This document shows, piece by piece, positions 27,382 through 35,275 of a stretch of 35,275 bases of DNA. Location: NCBI GenBank assembly GCA_028281075.1, contig JANQKO010000098.1, positions 1 to 35,275 on the forward strand, in the 5' to 3' direction. The first letter of the stretch is position 1. Each line of letters opens with the position of its first letter. Source of the DNA: Alphaproteobacteria bacterium. GTDB taxonomy: Bacteria > Pseudomonadota > Alphaproteobacteria > GCA-2731375. The translations under genes and the position numbers were made by a program. The notes below the pieces were generated by a model that did not search any database, had not been told where the DNA came from, and was given only the letters and a program-made list of their open reading frames with translations.

Positions 27382-29373
27382 TCACGCCTCCATGCGCCTG
27401 ACGCCCCGATTGGCGAACCAGGCAATTGCCGCCGTCGGCACCAGCAACAGCAATCCCGCCAGGCCGAATTGCAGGTTAGAGAAGCCGAGATACTGACCGC
27501 CGGGCGCGGCGAAGCAGATCCCCGCGACGATCAAACCAATGCTGATCGGCCAGCGTAGCACGGGGTTCGCCGCCAGGCTGCCGATGCCGACAAGATAACC
27601 CTGCAGGGCCGCCGCGATCAAAACCACGCCGATCGCCGCCGAGACGATGACCTCGACGATGTCGAACCAGTCGCCGGCCAGGATCAGGGCCGGGTTCAGC
27701 ACGAAGAAGAACGGGATCACATAGATAATGGAGCCCAGGCGCATGGCCTCGAAGCCGGTGCGCATGGGGCTCGAGCCGGCGAGGCTGGCGGCGGCGAAAG
27801 CGCCGAGCGCAACCGGCGGCGTGATGAACGACAGCATGCCCCAGTACATGATGAACAGATGCACGCCGAGCGGATGCAGCCCGACCTCGATCAACGCCGG
27901 CGCCAGCAGCACGGCCAGGAAGATGTAGCAGGCCGTGACCGTCATGCCCAAGCCGAGGATGAAGCTGGTCGCCGCGCCCATCAGCAGCAGCACCATCGGG
28001 TTCTCGCCCGCCAGATACAGCAGGTCGTTCGCCATGGTGCCGGTGACGCCGGTCGACGAGAGCGCGCCGACGATCAGGCCGACGCCCGCCAGCAGGGCAG
28101 CGATCTCGGCGAACAGCCGGCCGACGGCGGTCATGAACCGCTTGGCGTCGGCCCAGCTCCAACGGCGGTAGGGCAGGATCTGATTGATCACCAGCAGCAT
28201 GGCCGTCGCGTAGAACGGGGCCAGCGCTTCCTGCTTGAGGAAGGCGAGCAGCCAGATCAGCAGCGCAAAGACGGCGATGTAATACCAGCCGCGCTTGAAG
28301 GTTTCGCCGAGCTTCGGCAGCTCCTCGCGTGGGATGCCGGTCATGCCGCGCCGCGCCGCGTAGGCGTCGATCTGCATGAACAGGCCGAAATAGTACAACA
28401 GCGACGGTATCGCCGCGGCGGCCGCGATCTCGATATAGGGCAGGTTCAGGAACGTCGCCATGACGAAGGCAGTGGCGCCCATCACCGGCGGCATCAGCAC
28501 GCCGCCGGTCGAGGCGCAGGACTCGACGCCGCCGGAAAACGCCGGCCGGAAGCCGGTTCGCTTCATGGCCGGAATGGTCATGGCGCCGGTGGTCAGCACG
28601 TTGGTGATGACGCTACCGCTCATCGAGCCGAGCAGGCCGCTGGCGAAGATCGCGACCTTGGCCGCGCCGCCGCGCACGTGCCCGAACAGGGCGAAGGCGA
28701 AGTTGATGAAGAACTCGCCGGCGCCGGTATGCTGCAGGGCGGCGCCGAACACCAGGAAGCCGATCACCAGGCCGGCGAAGGCCCGCATCGGGATGCCGAG
28801 CAGGCTTTCACGGCTGAGGATGTGATAGGCGGCCGTGTCGATCAGGCTGACCGAGGCGCTGCTCAGCGGACCGGGCGCGAACTCGGCGAACAGCGGATAG
28901 ATCGAAAACACCGCGACGATCAGCATGATCACCAGGCCGCCGGCCCGCCGCAGCGCTTCCAGCAGCAGCAGCCAGAGCGCGTAGGCCGCCCACTCGACCA
29001 CCGGCTCGTCGTCGGGGATGTAGTATTCCCAGCCGCCGTCGATAATGTCGCGGCCGCGCACCGCGAAGTAGATGGCGATCGCGACGCCGGCGGCGAACAG
29101 CACGAGGTCATACCAGGGCACGCGCTCGCGGGTGGCGCCCTTCACGGCTGGCCAGATCAGGAACGACAGCGGCACCAGCAGGGCGATCAGCACGTAATAG
29201 TACTGATTGTCCAGCAGGATCAGCGCCCCGCCGAGATTGAAGTTAAAGAGCTGATTGATCGCCATGAACAGGGCGATCACCGCGAATACCTGGACGATGC
29301 CGCTCCAAAGCGGCGCGAGACGGCGGTACCGTTCGTTTCCCGGTACCGCCGTCGGCTTCTCGCTTGAACTCAC
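27382..29373 (-). CDS. TRAP transporter fused permease (TAXI-associated 4TM/12TM fusion)
   Basis: This 663-aa protein is highly hydrophobic and polytopic. It lies immediately downstream of a TAXI solute-binding protein gene. Confidence 0.88.
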   Translation of the reverse strand: MSSSEKPTAVPGNERYRRLAPLWSGIVQVFAVIALFMAINQLFNFNLGGALILLDNQYYYVLIALLVPLSFLIWPAVKGATRERVPWYDLVLFAAGVAIAIYFAVRGRDIIDGGWEYYIPDDEPVVEWAAYALWLLLLEALRRAGGLVIMLIVAVFSIYPLFAEFAPGPLSSASVSLIDTAAYHILSRESLLGIPMRAFAGLVIGFLVFGAALQHTGAGEFFINFAFALFGHVRGGAAKVAIFASGLLGSMSGSVITNVLTTGAMTIPAMKRTGFRPAFSGGVESCASTGGVLMPPVMGATAFVMATFLNLPYIEIAAAAAIPSLLYYFGLFMQIDAYAARRGMTGIPREELPKLGETFKRGWYYIAVFALLIWLLAFLKQEALAPFYATAMLLVINQILPYRRWSWADAKRFMTAVGRLFAEIAALLAGVGLIVGALSSTGVTGTMANDLLYLAGENPMVLLLMGAATSFILGLGMTVTACYIFLAVLLAPALIEVGLHPLGVHLFIMYWGMLSFITPPVALGAFAAASLAGSSPMRTGFEAMRLGSIIYVIPFFFVLNPALILAGDWFDIVEVIVSAAIGVVLIAAALQGYLVGIGSLAANPVLRWPISIGLIVAGICFAAPGGQYLGFSNLQFGLAGLLLLVPTAAIAWFANRGVRRMEA

Positions 29374-29406
29374 CTGGGTGTCATCGAAAACGTCTTTGCG
29401 TTGGAC

Positions 29407-30564
29407 CTAGTCCTCCCAGATCGGGTTCATGCCGGCCTTGACCAGGGCCGCAGCGCGGGCCTTCGGCCAATTCGCCGCATAGTCGTCGTCGCCCGGGTTG
29501 GTGGCCTCGAACACCTTCCAGGCCGCCATCAGCACGTCCTGGCGCTGGATCAGGTCATCGTTGTGCTTCTGGTGCGCGTCCGTCCAGACGCCCTTCTCCT
29601 TGAAATAGCGGATGGCGCCCTCATGGAAGGGCATCACCCAGGCGAAGTTCTGGCGGCTCAGTTCCCAACCGTCGGAACCCGGTGCGCCGGCCTTGTAGTC
29701 GTCGTACAGCTGATCCATGGCCTTGACGACGCCATAGACCAGATCAGCCTCCTGCCGGTCATAGGTCATTATGATCGGATAGGGATAGCTGCCGGCCTCG
29801 TAAGGCTGGTCGGTCGAAATGCCGCCGGAACCGATGGTCGCGGTGTGCTGGCGATAGTAGGGGGCGACCTGCCAGACGCGATCCCATGCCGCGCCGTCGC
29901 CGTGCGGCATGGTCGGCCAGAAGATGCCGCGCGGCGAAGCTTCGAGCTCGCGCGTCGGGCCGCTGATGGTCGAGGCGATGGCGACGTCGACCTGATTGTT
30001 GATCATACCTTTCCAGGACGCGCCGTAGCCGGAAAACTCGACCTTCTCGACGTCGTCCCAAGTCAGGCCGCCGAAGGCCAGCATGGCCTGCATGTTCGTG
30101 TTCAGCGCGGCCGAGCCGACGACCCAGGCCACCCGCTTGCCCTTCATGTCGGCATAGGTCTTGATGCCCGCATCGCCGGCGACGGCGGCGGTAATCGCGT
30201 TCGCGGCGACCGAGGTGCCCAGCAGACGCACCCGCTGCGGTCCCCAGCCCTTGGCGGCGAAGACGTCCATGCCTTCCTGGGCGAAGTAGGAACCGATGCC
30301 CATGGCCGAGACCTGCGCCCGGCCGACCTTAAGCGGCGTCATGCGGGAAATGTCGTTCGCGCCCGGCAACACCCGCAGATCCACACCATGCGCCTGCTTC
30401 AGCGCCTGACCGAAAGCGACGGCCTGGTTGAAGCCGGACGTGCCCGTATTGTAGGCGGTCCAGGTCATGTTGGACGGCAGCTTCGCCTCGCCGACAGCAG
30501 TCGTCGCGGCCAAAGCCGTCGTTCCGGCCAGCGCGGCCATCATGATCAAGGTCTTGAGTTTCAT
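29407..30564 (-). CDS. TAXI-family TRAP transporter solute-binding protein
   Basis: It has the signal peptide MKLKTLIMMAALAGTTALAA, and the body is typical of TAXI receptors. The ATG at 30564 is preceded by GGGAGGA. Confidence 0.88.
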   Translation of the reverse strand: MKLKTLIMMAALAGTTALAATTAVGEAKLPSNMTWTAYNTGTSGFNQAVAFGQALKQAHGVDLRVLPGANDISRMTPLKVGRAQVSAMGIGSYFAQEGMDVFAAKGWGPQRVRLLGTSVAANAITAAVAGDAGIKTYADMKGKRVAWVVGSAALNTNMQAMLAFGGLTWDDVEKVEFSGYGASWKGMINNQVDVAIASTISGPTRELEASPRGIFWPTMPHGDGAAWDRVWQVAPYYRQHTATIGSGGISTDQPYEAGSYPYPIIMTYDRQEADLVYGVVKAMDQLYDDYKAGAPGSDGWELSRQNFAWVMPFHEGAIRYFKEKGVWTDAHQKHNDDLIQRQDVLMAAWKVFEATNPGDDDYAANWPKARAAALVKAGMNPIWED

Positions 30565-30787
30565 ACTGTCCTCCCAGTTGGGTACGCGGATATTCAATCG
30601 CCCGACGGTCCTCGCCGCCTGTGGTTCCTACATTCGGCGCGACAGATCTAACAGACGAACAACCGTTTTTGTACCGATAAGTTCGCCAGCCGGGCGCGCT
30701 TGCCTGAACGCTTCGGCGCGCTAATCTCGGCGCCTCCCGCAGACAAAGATATGTATGATCACCAACCGCGCAAGAAGGGGGACGGGC

Positions 30788-32836
30788 ATGGGCTGGACCA
30801 TCGGTGTCGACGTCGGCGGCACCTTCACCGACTTCTACGCCTTCGAGGCGGACAGCGGCGCGGTGCGGGTGCACAAGACGCCGTCGACGCCCGACAATCC
30901 GGCCCGCGCGGTGATTGACGGCGTCAACGCCATGGCCGCCCGGCACGGCATCGACCTGGGCCAGGTAGCCCGGCTGTCCCACGGCACCACGGTGGCGACC
31001 AACGCGCTGATCCAGGGCAAGGGCGGCAGGCTGGCCCTGGTGACGACGGCGGGCTTCCGCGACCTGCTCGAAATCGGCCGGCAGATCCGGCCGCACATGT
31101 TCGACCTGCAGAAGGACCATCCGCCGCCGCTGGTGCCGCGGCAGCGGCGGCTGGAGGCGGCCGAGCGGGTGACGGCCGACGGCGCGGTGCGCACGGCGCT
31201 CGGCCAGGACGAGATCGACCGCCTGGTCGCCGCGGTGCGGGCGAGCGGCGCCGAGGGCTGCGCCATCTGCTTCCTGTTCTCGTTCCTCAATCCGGCGCAC
31301 GAGCGGCTTTTGCGCGACGCGCTGACCGCGGCGCTGCCGGACCTGCACGTGACCATCTCGTCCGACGTGCAGCCCGAGTTCCGCGAATACGAACGGCTGT
31401 CGACGACGGTGCTGAACGCCTATCTGCAGCCGGTCATGGCAACGTATCTGCACGATTTCGAGTCGGCGCTCGGCGCCGCCGCGCCACGGGCCGCGCTCGG
31501 CATCAACCAGTCGGCGGGCGGCCTGATGTCGCCCGAACGCGCCCGCGAGCTGCCCGTGCGCACGGCGCTTTCGGGCCCGGCGGCCGGCGCGGTGGGCGCC
31601 ATCCATATCGCCGGGCGCGCCGGCGCGCGCGACGTCATCACGCTGGACATGGGCGGCACCAGCGCCGACGTCTGCCTGATCCGCGACGGCGCCGCCGACA
31701 TGACCTACGAGCGCTGGATCGAGGGCTATCCGACGCGCCTTGCCAGCATCGACATCAACGCCGTCGGCGCCGGCGGCGGCTCGATCGCCTGGTTCGACCG
31801 GGACGGCCTGCTGAAGGTCGGGCCGGTCAGCGCCGGCGCGGCGCCGGGCCCGGCCTGCTACGGCGCCGGCGGCGGCGAGCCGACGGTGACGGATGCCAAC
31901 CTGGTGCTGGGCCGGCTGTCGCCGAAGGGGCTGCTGGGCGGCGGCATGCCGATGGACCTGGCGGCCGCGCGGCGGGCGTTCGAACCGCTGGCCGAACGCC
32001 TGGCGATGCCGGTCGAGCGCACGGCGCACGGCGTCATCGGCATCGTCGTCGCCAACATGGTCCGCGCCCTGCGCGCGATCTCGGTCGAGCGCGGCCACGA
32101 TCCACGCGACTTCGCGTTGCTGGCCTTCGGCGGGGCCGGGCCGCTGCACGCCGCCGACGTCGCCCGGGCGCTCGGCATCGCGCGCTTCATCGTGCCGCCG
32201 GCGCCGGGCATCCTCTGCGCCCAGGGGCTGGTGGTCTCGGACCTGCGCGAGAGCTTCGTGCTGAGCCGGCTGACGCGGGTCGGCGCGGCCGGGATCGACG
32301 CGATCCGCGGCATGCTGACCGAGCTCGGCGACCGGGCCGAGACCTGGTTCGCCGGCCAGGCCGCCGCGGAAGACGCCCGCGAGCGGCAGGTGCGGCTCGA
32401 CATGCGCTATGTCGGCCAGAACTACGAGCTGGCGGTGGAAATGGACGCGGCGGCGGCGCTGGCCGCGGACGCCGACGACCTGCGCCGGCGGTTCTTCGCG
32501 GTGCACGACCGCAGCTACGGCTTCCACAATCCGGACGATCCGGTGGAGATCGTCAACGTGCGGCTGACCGCCGTGGTCAGGCTGCGGCATGCCGACCCGC
32601 CGGTAACGGCCGGCGAACCGGGCGCGTCGCCGGCACCGTTCGAACGGCGCGACGTGCGCTTCGCGGCCGATACCGCCACGGCGACACCGGTCTTCGATCG
32701 CGCCGTCCTGACGCCCGGCCACCGCGTCGACGGGCCGGCGATCGTCGACCAGCTCGACACCACGACGCTGTTGTTTCCCGGCGACCGGCTGGCGGTCGAC
32801 GCCGCCGGCAACCTGATCGTGGAGATCGGCGAATGA
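30788..32836 (+). CDS. hydantoinase/oxoprolinase family protein, A (HyuA-like) subunit
   Basis: The N-terminus GVDVGGTFTDF, DMGGTSADV and the overall length are typical of Hydantoinase_A enzymes. The longest ORF starts at 30755. Confidence 0.9.
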   Translation: MGWTIGVDVGGTFTDFYAFEADSGAVRVHKTPSTPDNPARAVIDGVNAMAARHGIDLGQVARLSHGTTVATNALIQGKGGRLALVTTAGFRDLLEIGRQIRPHMFDLQKDHPPPLVPRQRRLEAAERVTADGAVRTALGQDEIDRLVAAVRASGAEGCAICFLFSFLNPAHERLLRDALTAALPDLHVTISSDVQPEFREYERLSTTVLNAYLQPVMATYLHDFESALGAAAPRAALGINQSAGGLMSPERARELPVRTALSGPAAGAVGAIHIAGRAGARDVITLDMGGTSADVCLIRDGAADMTYERWIEGYPTRLASIDINAVGAGGGSIAWFDRDGLLKVGPVSAGAAPGPACYGAGGGEPTVTDANLVLGRLSPKGLLGGGMPMDLAAARRAFEPLAERLAMPVERTAHGVIGIVVANMVRALRAISVERGHDPRDFALLAFGGAGPLHAADVARALGIARFIVPPAPGILCAQGLVVSDLRESFVLSRLTRVGAAGIDAIRGMLTELGDRAETWFAGQAAAEDARERQVRLDMRYVGQNYELAVEMDAAAALAADADDLRRRFFAVHDRSYGFHNPDDPVEIVNVRLTAVVRLRHADPPVTAGEPGASPAPFERRDVRFAADTATATPVFDRAVLTPGHRVDGPAIVDQLDTTTLLFPGDRLAVDAAGNLIVEIGE

Positions 32837-34527
32837 GCGCAAAACCCGCGGCGGCAATCGATCCGATCACGCTGGAGATCCTGTTCAACGGCCTGCGCTC
32901 GATCACCGACGAGACCTATATCGCCATCACCAAGGCCGCCTACTCCACCAACATCAAGGAGCGGCGGGACCACTCGACCTGCCTGATGGATCCGCAGGGC
33001 CGGCTGATCGTGCAGGCCGAGAACTCGCTGCCGGTGCATCTCGCCTCGATGCTGGGGCTGATGCACAAGCTGCTGGAGAAGTTTCCGGCGGACGAGATCC
33101 ACGAGGGCGACATCTTCGTGGCCAACGATCCCTATGCCGGCGGCGGCACCCACCTGCCGGACGTGAACCTGGCCATGCCGGTCTTCGTCGACGGCCGGCT
33201 GCTGGGCTTCATGTGCAACCTGGCGCACCACGCCGATATCGGCGGCATGTCGCCCGGCAGCATGGCCGGCGGCATGACCGAGATCTACCAGGAAGGCCTG
33301 CGCATCCCGGTGGTCAAGCTGTTCAGCCGCGGCGAGCTGGTACGCGACGTGTTCGACCTGCTGCTGCTGAACGTGCGCGTGCCCGAGGAGCGGCGGGGCG
33401 ACTATTACGCCCAGGTCGCGGCCTGCAAGCTGGGCGTCCGGCGCCTGCTGGAACTGGCCGAGCGCTACGATGCCGGGACACTGGCGGCGGGGTTCGCGGC
33501 GATCATGGACCGCACCGAAGCCCGTATCCGCGCCGCCATCGGCGGCATTCCCGACGGCAGCTACAGCTTCCGCGACGTGCTGGACAATGACGGCATGGGT
33601 GCCGAGGACATCGCCATCGCCGTGCGCGTCGACGTCGCCGGCGACCGTATTTCCTTCGATTTCGACGGCAGCGGCGCGCAGGTCAGGGGCAACGTCAACG
33701 TCACGCTGAACGCCACCCAGTCGGCGGTCTATTACGTGCTGAAGGGCATGCTGGACCCGGAGATCCCGAACAACGACGGCCTGATCCGCGCCGTCGACAT
33801 CACGGCGCCGCCGGACAGCATCGTCAACGCCGGCTTTCCGGCCGCCGTCGCCGGCCGGGCGAACACGGCCCAGCGCATCATCGACGTGCTGATCGGCGCG
33901 CTGGCCCAGGCCCTGCCCGAGCAGGCCGTCGGCGCCGCGAACGGCGCCAACGTGACGGCGGTGTTCTTCGGCGCCGACCCCAGGACCGGGCGCGACTATG
34001 TCTATCTGGAGACGCTCGGCGGCGGTTTCGGCGGGCGGGCGCACAAAGACGGCAAGGACGGCGTGCAGGTGCATATCACCAACACCTCGAACCTGCCGGT
34101 GGAAGCCATCGAGATGGAGTACCCGCTGCTGGTCGAGAGCTATGGTCTGATCGAGGATTCCGGCGGCCCCGGCCGGCATCGCGGCGGCATGGGCCTGCGC
34201 CGCGTGGTCCGGCCGGTCGGGCACGAGACCGTGTTCAACGGCATGGGCGAGCGCTTCCGGCACCGGCCCTGGGGCATCTTCGGCGGCGGCGACGGCGCCA
34301 CCGGCCGGTTCCTGCTGCGCGGACCGGCAGGCGACGAAGCGCTGGCGGACAAGCCGGCCGGCATCGTCATCGGCCCCGACACCGCCGTGGTCGTGGAAAC
34401 GCCCGGCGCCGGCGGCTACGGCCCGCCGGCGGACCGCGATTCCGCGGCGCTGGCCGAGGACCGGGCCAGCGGCAAGTTCAGCGACGCCTACCTGCGCCGC
34501 CACTACGGCGACGCGGCGGACGATTGA
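32833..34527 (+). CDS. hydantoinase B/oxoprolinase family protein (HyuB-like subunit)
   Basis: It carries DPITLEILFNGLRSITDE, NDPYAGGGTHLPD and GGGGYGPP. It has an ATGA overlap with the A subunit gene. Confidence 0.9.
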   Translation: MSAKPAAAIDPITLEILFNGLRSITDETYIAITKAAYSTNIKERRDHSTCLMDPQGRLIVQAENSLPVHLASMLGLMHKLLEKFPADEIHEGDIFVANDPYAGGGTHLPDVNLAMPVFVDGRLLGFMCNLAHHADIGGMSPGSMAGGMTEIYQEGLRIPVVKLFSRGELVRDVFDLLLLNVRVPEERRGDYYAQVAACKLGVRRLLELAERYDAGTLAAGFAAIMDRTEARIRAAIGGIPDGSYSFRDVLDNDGMGAEDIAIAVRVDVAGDRISFDFDGSGAQVRGNVNVTLNATQSAVYYVLKGMLDPEIPNNDGLIRAVDITAPPDSIVNAGFPAAVAGRANTAQRIIDVLIGALAQALPEQAVGAANGANVTAVFFGADPRTGRDYVYLETLGGGFGGRAHKDGKDGVQVHITNTSNLPVEAIEMEYPLLVESYGLIEDSGGPGRHRGGMGLRRVVRPVGHETVFNGMGERFRHRPWGIFGGGDGATGRFLLRGPAGDEALADKPAGIVIGPDTAVVVETPGAGGYGPPADRDSAALAEDRASGKFSDAYLRRHYGDAADD

Positions 34528-34536
34528 CCCGCCGCG

Positions 34537-34980
34537 ATGACGGACGACCGCAGCTATCCCGACCGGCCGATCGTCGGCATCGGCGTCGTCGTCTTCAAGG
34601 GAACCGAGGTGCTGCTGATCCGGCGCGGCAAGCCGCCGCGACAGGGCCAGTGGAGCCTGCCGGGCGGGGTGCAGGAACTGGGCGAGACCGTCCACGAGGC
34701 GGCGCGGCGCGAGGTGGCCGAGGAGACCGGCGTCGACATCGATATCGTCGGCCTGATCGACACCGTCGACACGATCGAACGCGATGAGCGCGACCGCGTG
34801 CGCTACCACTACACGCTGATCGACATCGCCGCCACCTGGCGCGAAGGCGAGCCGCGCGCCGGCAGCGACGCGGCCGGCGTCTGCTGGGCCCCGCGCGCCG
34901 GCCTCGGCGCCTACGACCTGTGGGACGAAACGACACGCATCATCGGCCTGGCGGAAGCGCTGGTCGACGGCGGCCGGTAA
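34537..34980 (+). CDS. NUDIX hydrolase
   Basis: The Nudix box GGVQELGETVHEAARREVAEETGV is present. The gene starts 9 nt after the hyuB-like stop. Confidence 0.88.
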   Translation: MTDDRSYPDRPIVGIGVVVFKGTEVLLIRRGKPPRQGQWSLPGGVQELGETVHEAARREVAEETGVDIDIVGLIDTVDTIERDERDRVRYHYTLIDIAATWREGEPRAGSDAAGVCWAPRAGLGAYDLWDETTRIIGLAEALVDGGR

Positions 34981-34999
34981 TCACCCGGATCGCCGGACC

Positions 35000-35275
35000 C
35001 GGCCCTCAAACGTCATGCCAGCACCGCGCAGACCGTGATAGCGGTGAAAATGGCGCGATATCGGTGCCAGCATGCTTCGAGACGACGCTCCGCGTCTCCT
35101 CAGAGCGTGTGAATGAATTACTCACGACCCAAAAGAAGCCGTCATGCTGGCGCAGGCCAGCATCCAGCGGCATCGTAACCTGTTGAAAAACAACAAACGT
35201 GGATCCTGGCCCCCGGCCTGCGCCGGGGCAGGCTCCGCCAGGATGACAACCTGGGTGGCTGCGGTGCGATTCTTT
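35000..35275 (-). repeat. MITE-like composite palindromic repeat, copy B (inverted relative to copy A, cut by the window end)
   Basis: Its reverse complement aligns with 14389..14580, for example ...gttgtcatcctggcg...gccaggatcca.gtt.gttgttttt.aacaggtt.cgatgccgctggatgctggcc...gccagcatgacggctt... It has an extra nested hairpin (ccccggc/gccgggg, 35211..35228) in one loop. Confidence 0.65.

Noticed and set aside
24097-29367. Plus-strand ORFs of 555, 555 and 502 aa (24097..25764, 25734..27401, 27859..29367)
   Set aside because: They are antisense to the acyl-CoA synthetase, the TPP enzyme and the TRAP permease respectively, and have no recognisable motifs.
30329-34809. 842-aa and 764-aa minus-strand ORFs (30329..32857 and 32515..34809)
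   Set aside because: They are antisense to the hyuA-like and hyuB-like genes. Their low-complexity Arg/Ala/Gly composition marks them as artefacts.

Overview
This is about 70% GC chromosomal DNA from an alphaproteobacterium. The left end carries conserved housekeeping synteny on the minus strand: valS 5' end, a PopZ-like DUF2497 gene, tolC, a rhodanese gene and pcm. A tRNA-Cys(GCA) gene follows. A small decayed genomic island of about 5.6 kb (3653..9289) is integrated into its 3' half. The island is bounded by a perfect 52-bp direct repeat. It holds a dead tyrosine integrase, an intact IS3-family element nested inside a truncated IS3-family element, a 197-bp IS66-derived relic, and a low-GC segment with two orphan membrane-protein genes. 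The rest is ordinary metabolic and regulatory chromosome:
- a heme peroxidase with a divergent LysR regulator
- two beta-lactamase-family serine hydrolases
- an MmyB-like regulator
- eda and kdgK
- an AroQ-like paralog
- two histidine phosphatases
- a FadB-type enzyme
- a tight TAXI-TRAP / TPP-enzyme / ADP-forming acyl-CoA synthetase operon, divergent from hyuA-hyuB-nudix

Several intergenic regions carry a REP-like hairpin family and a roughly 170-280 bp MITE-like composite palindrome, present in two inverted copies. I recognise no established defence system, CRISPR array or prophage. The most novel content is the orphan island cargo, whose function cannot be assigned from sequence. Many long ORFs in the six-frame track are antisense or off-frame artefacts of the high GC content.
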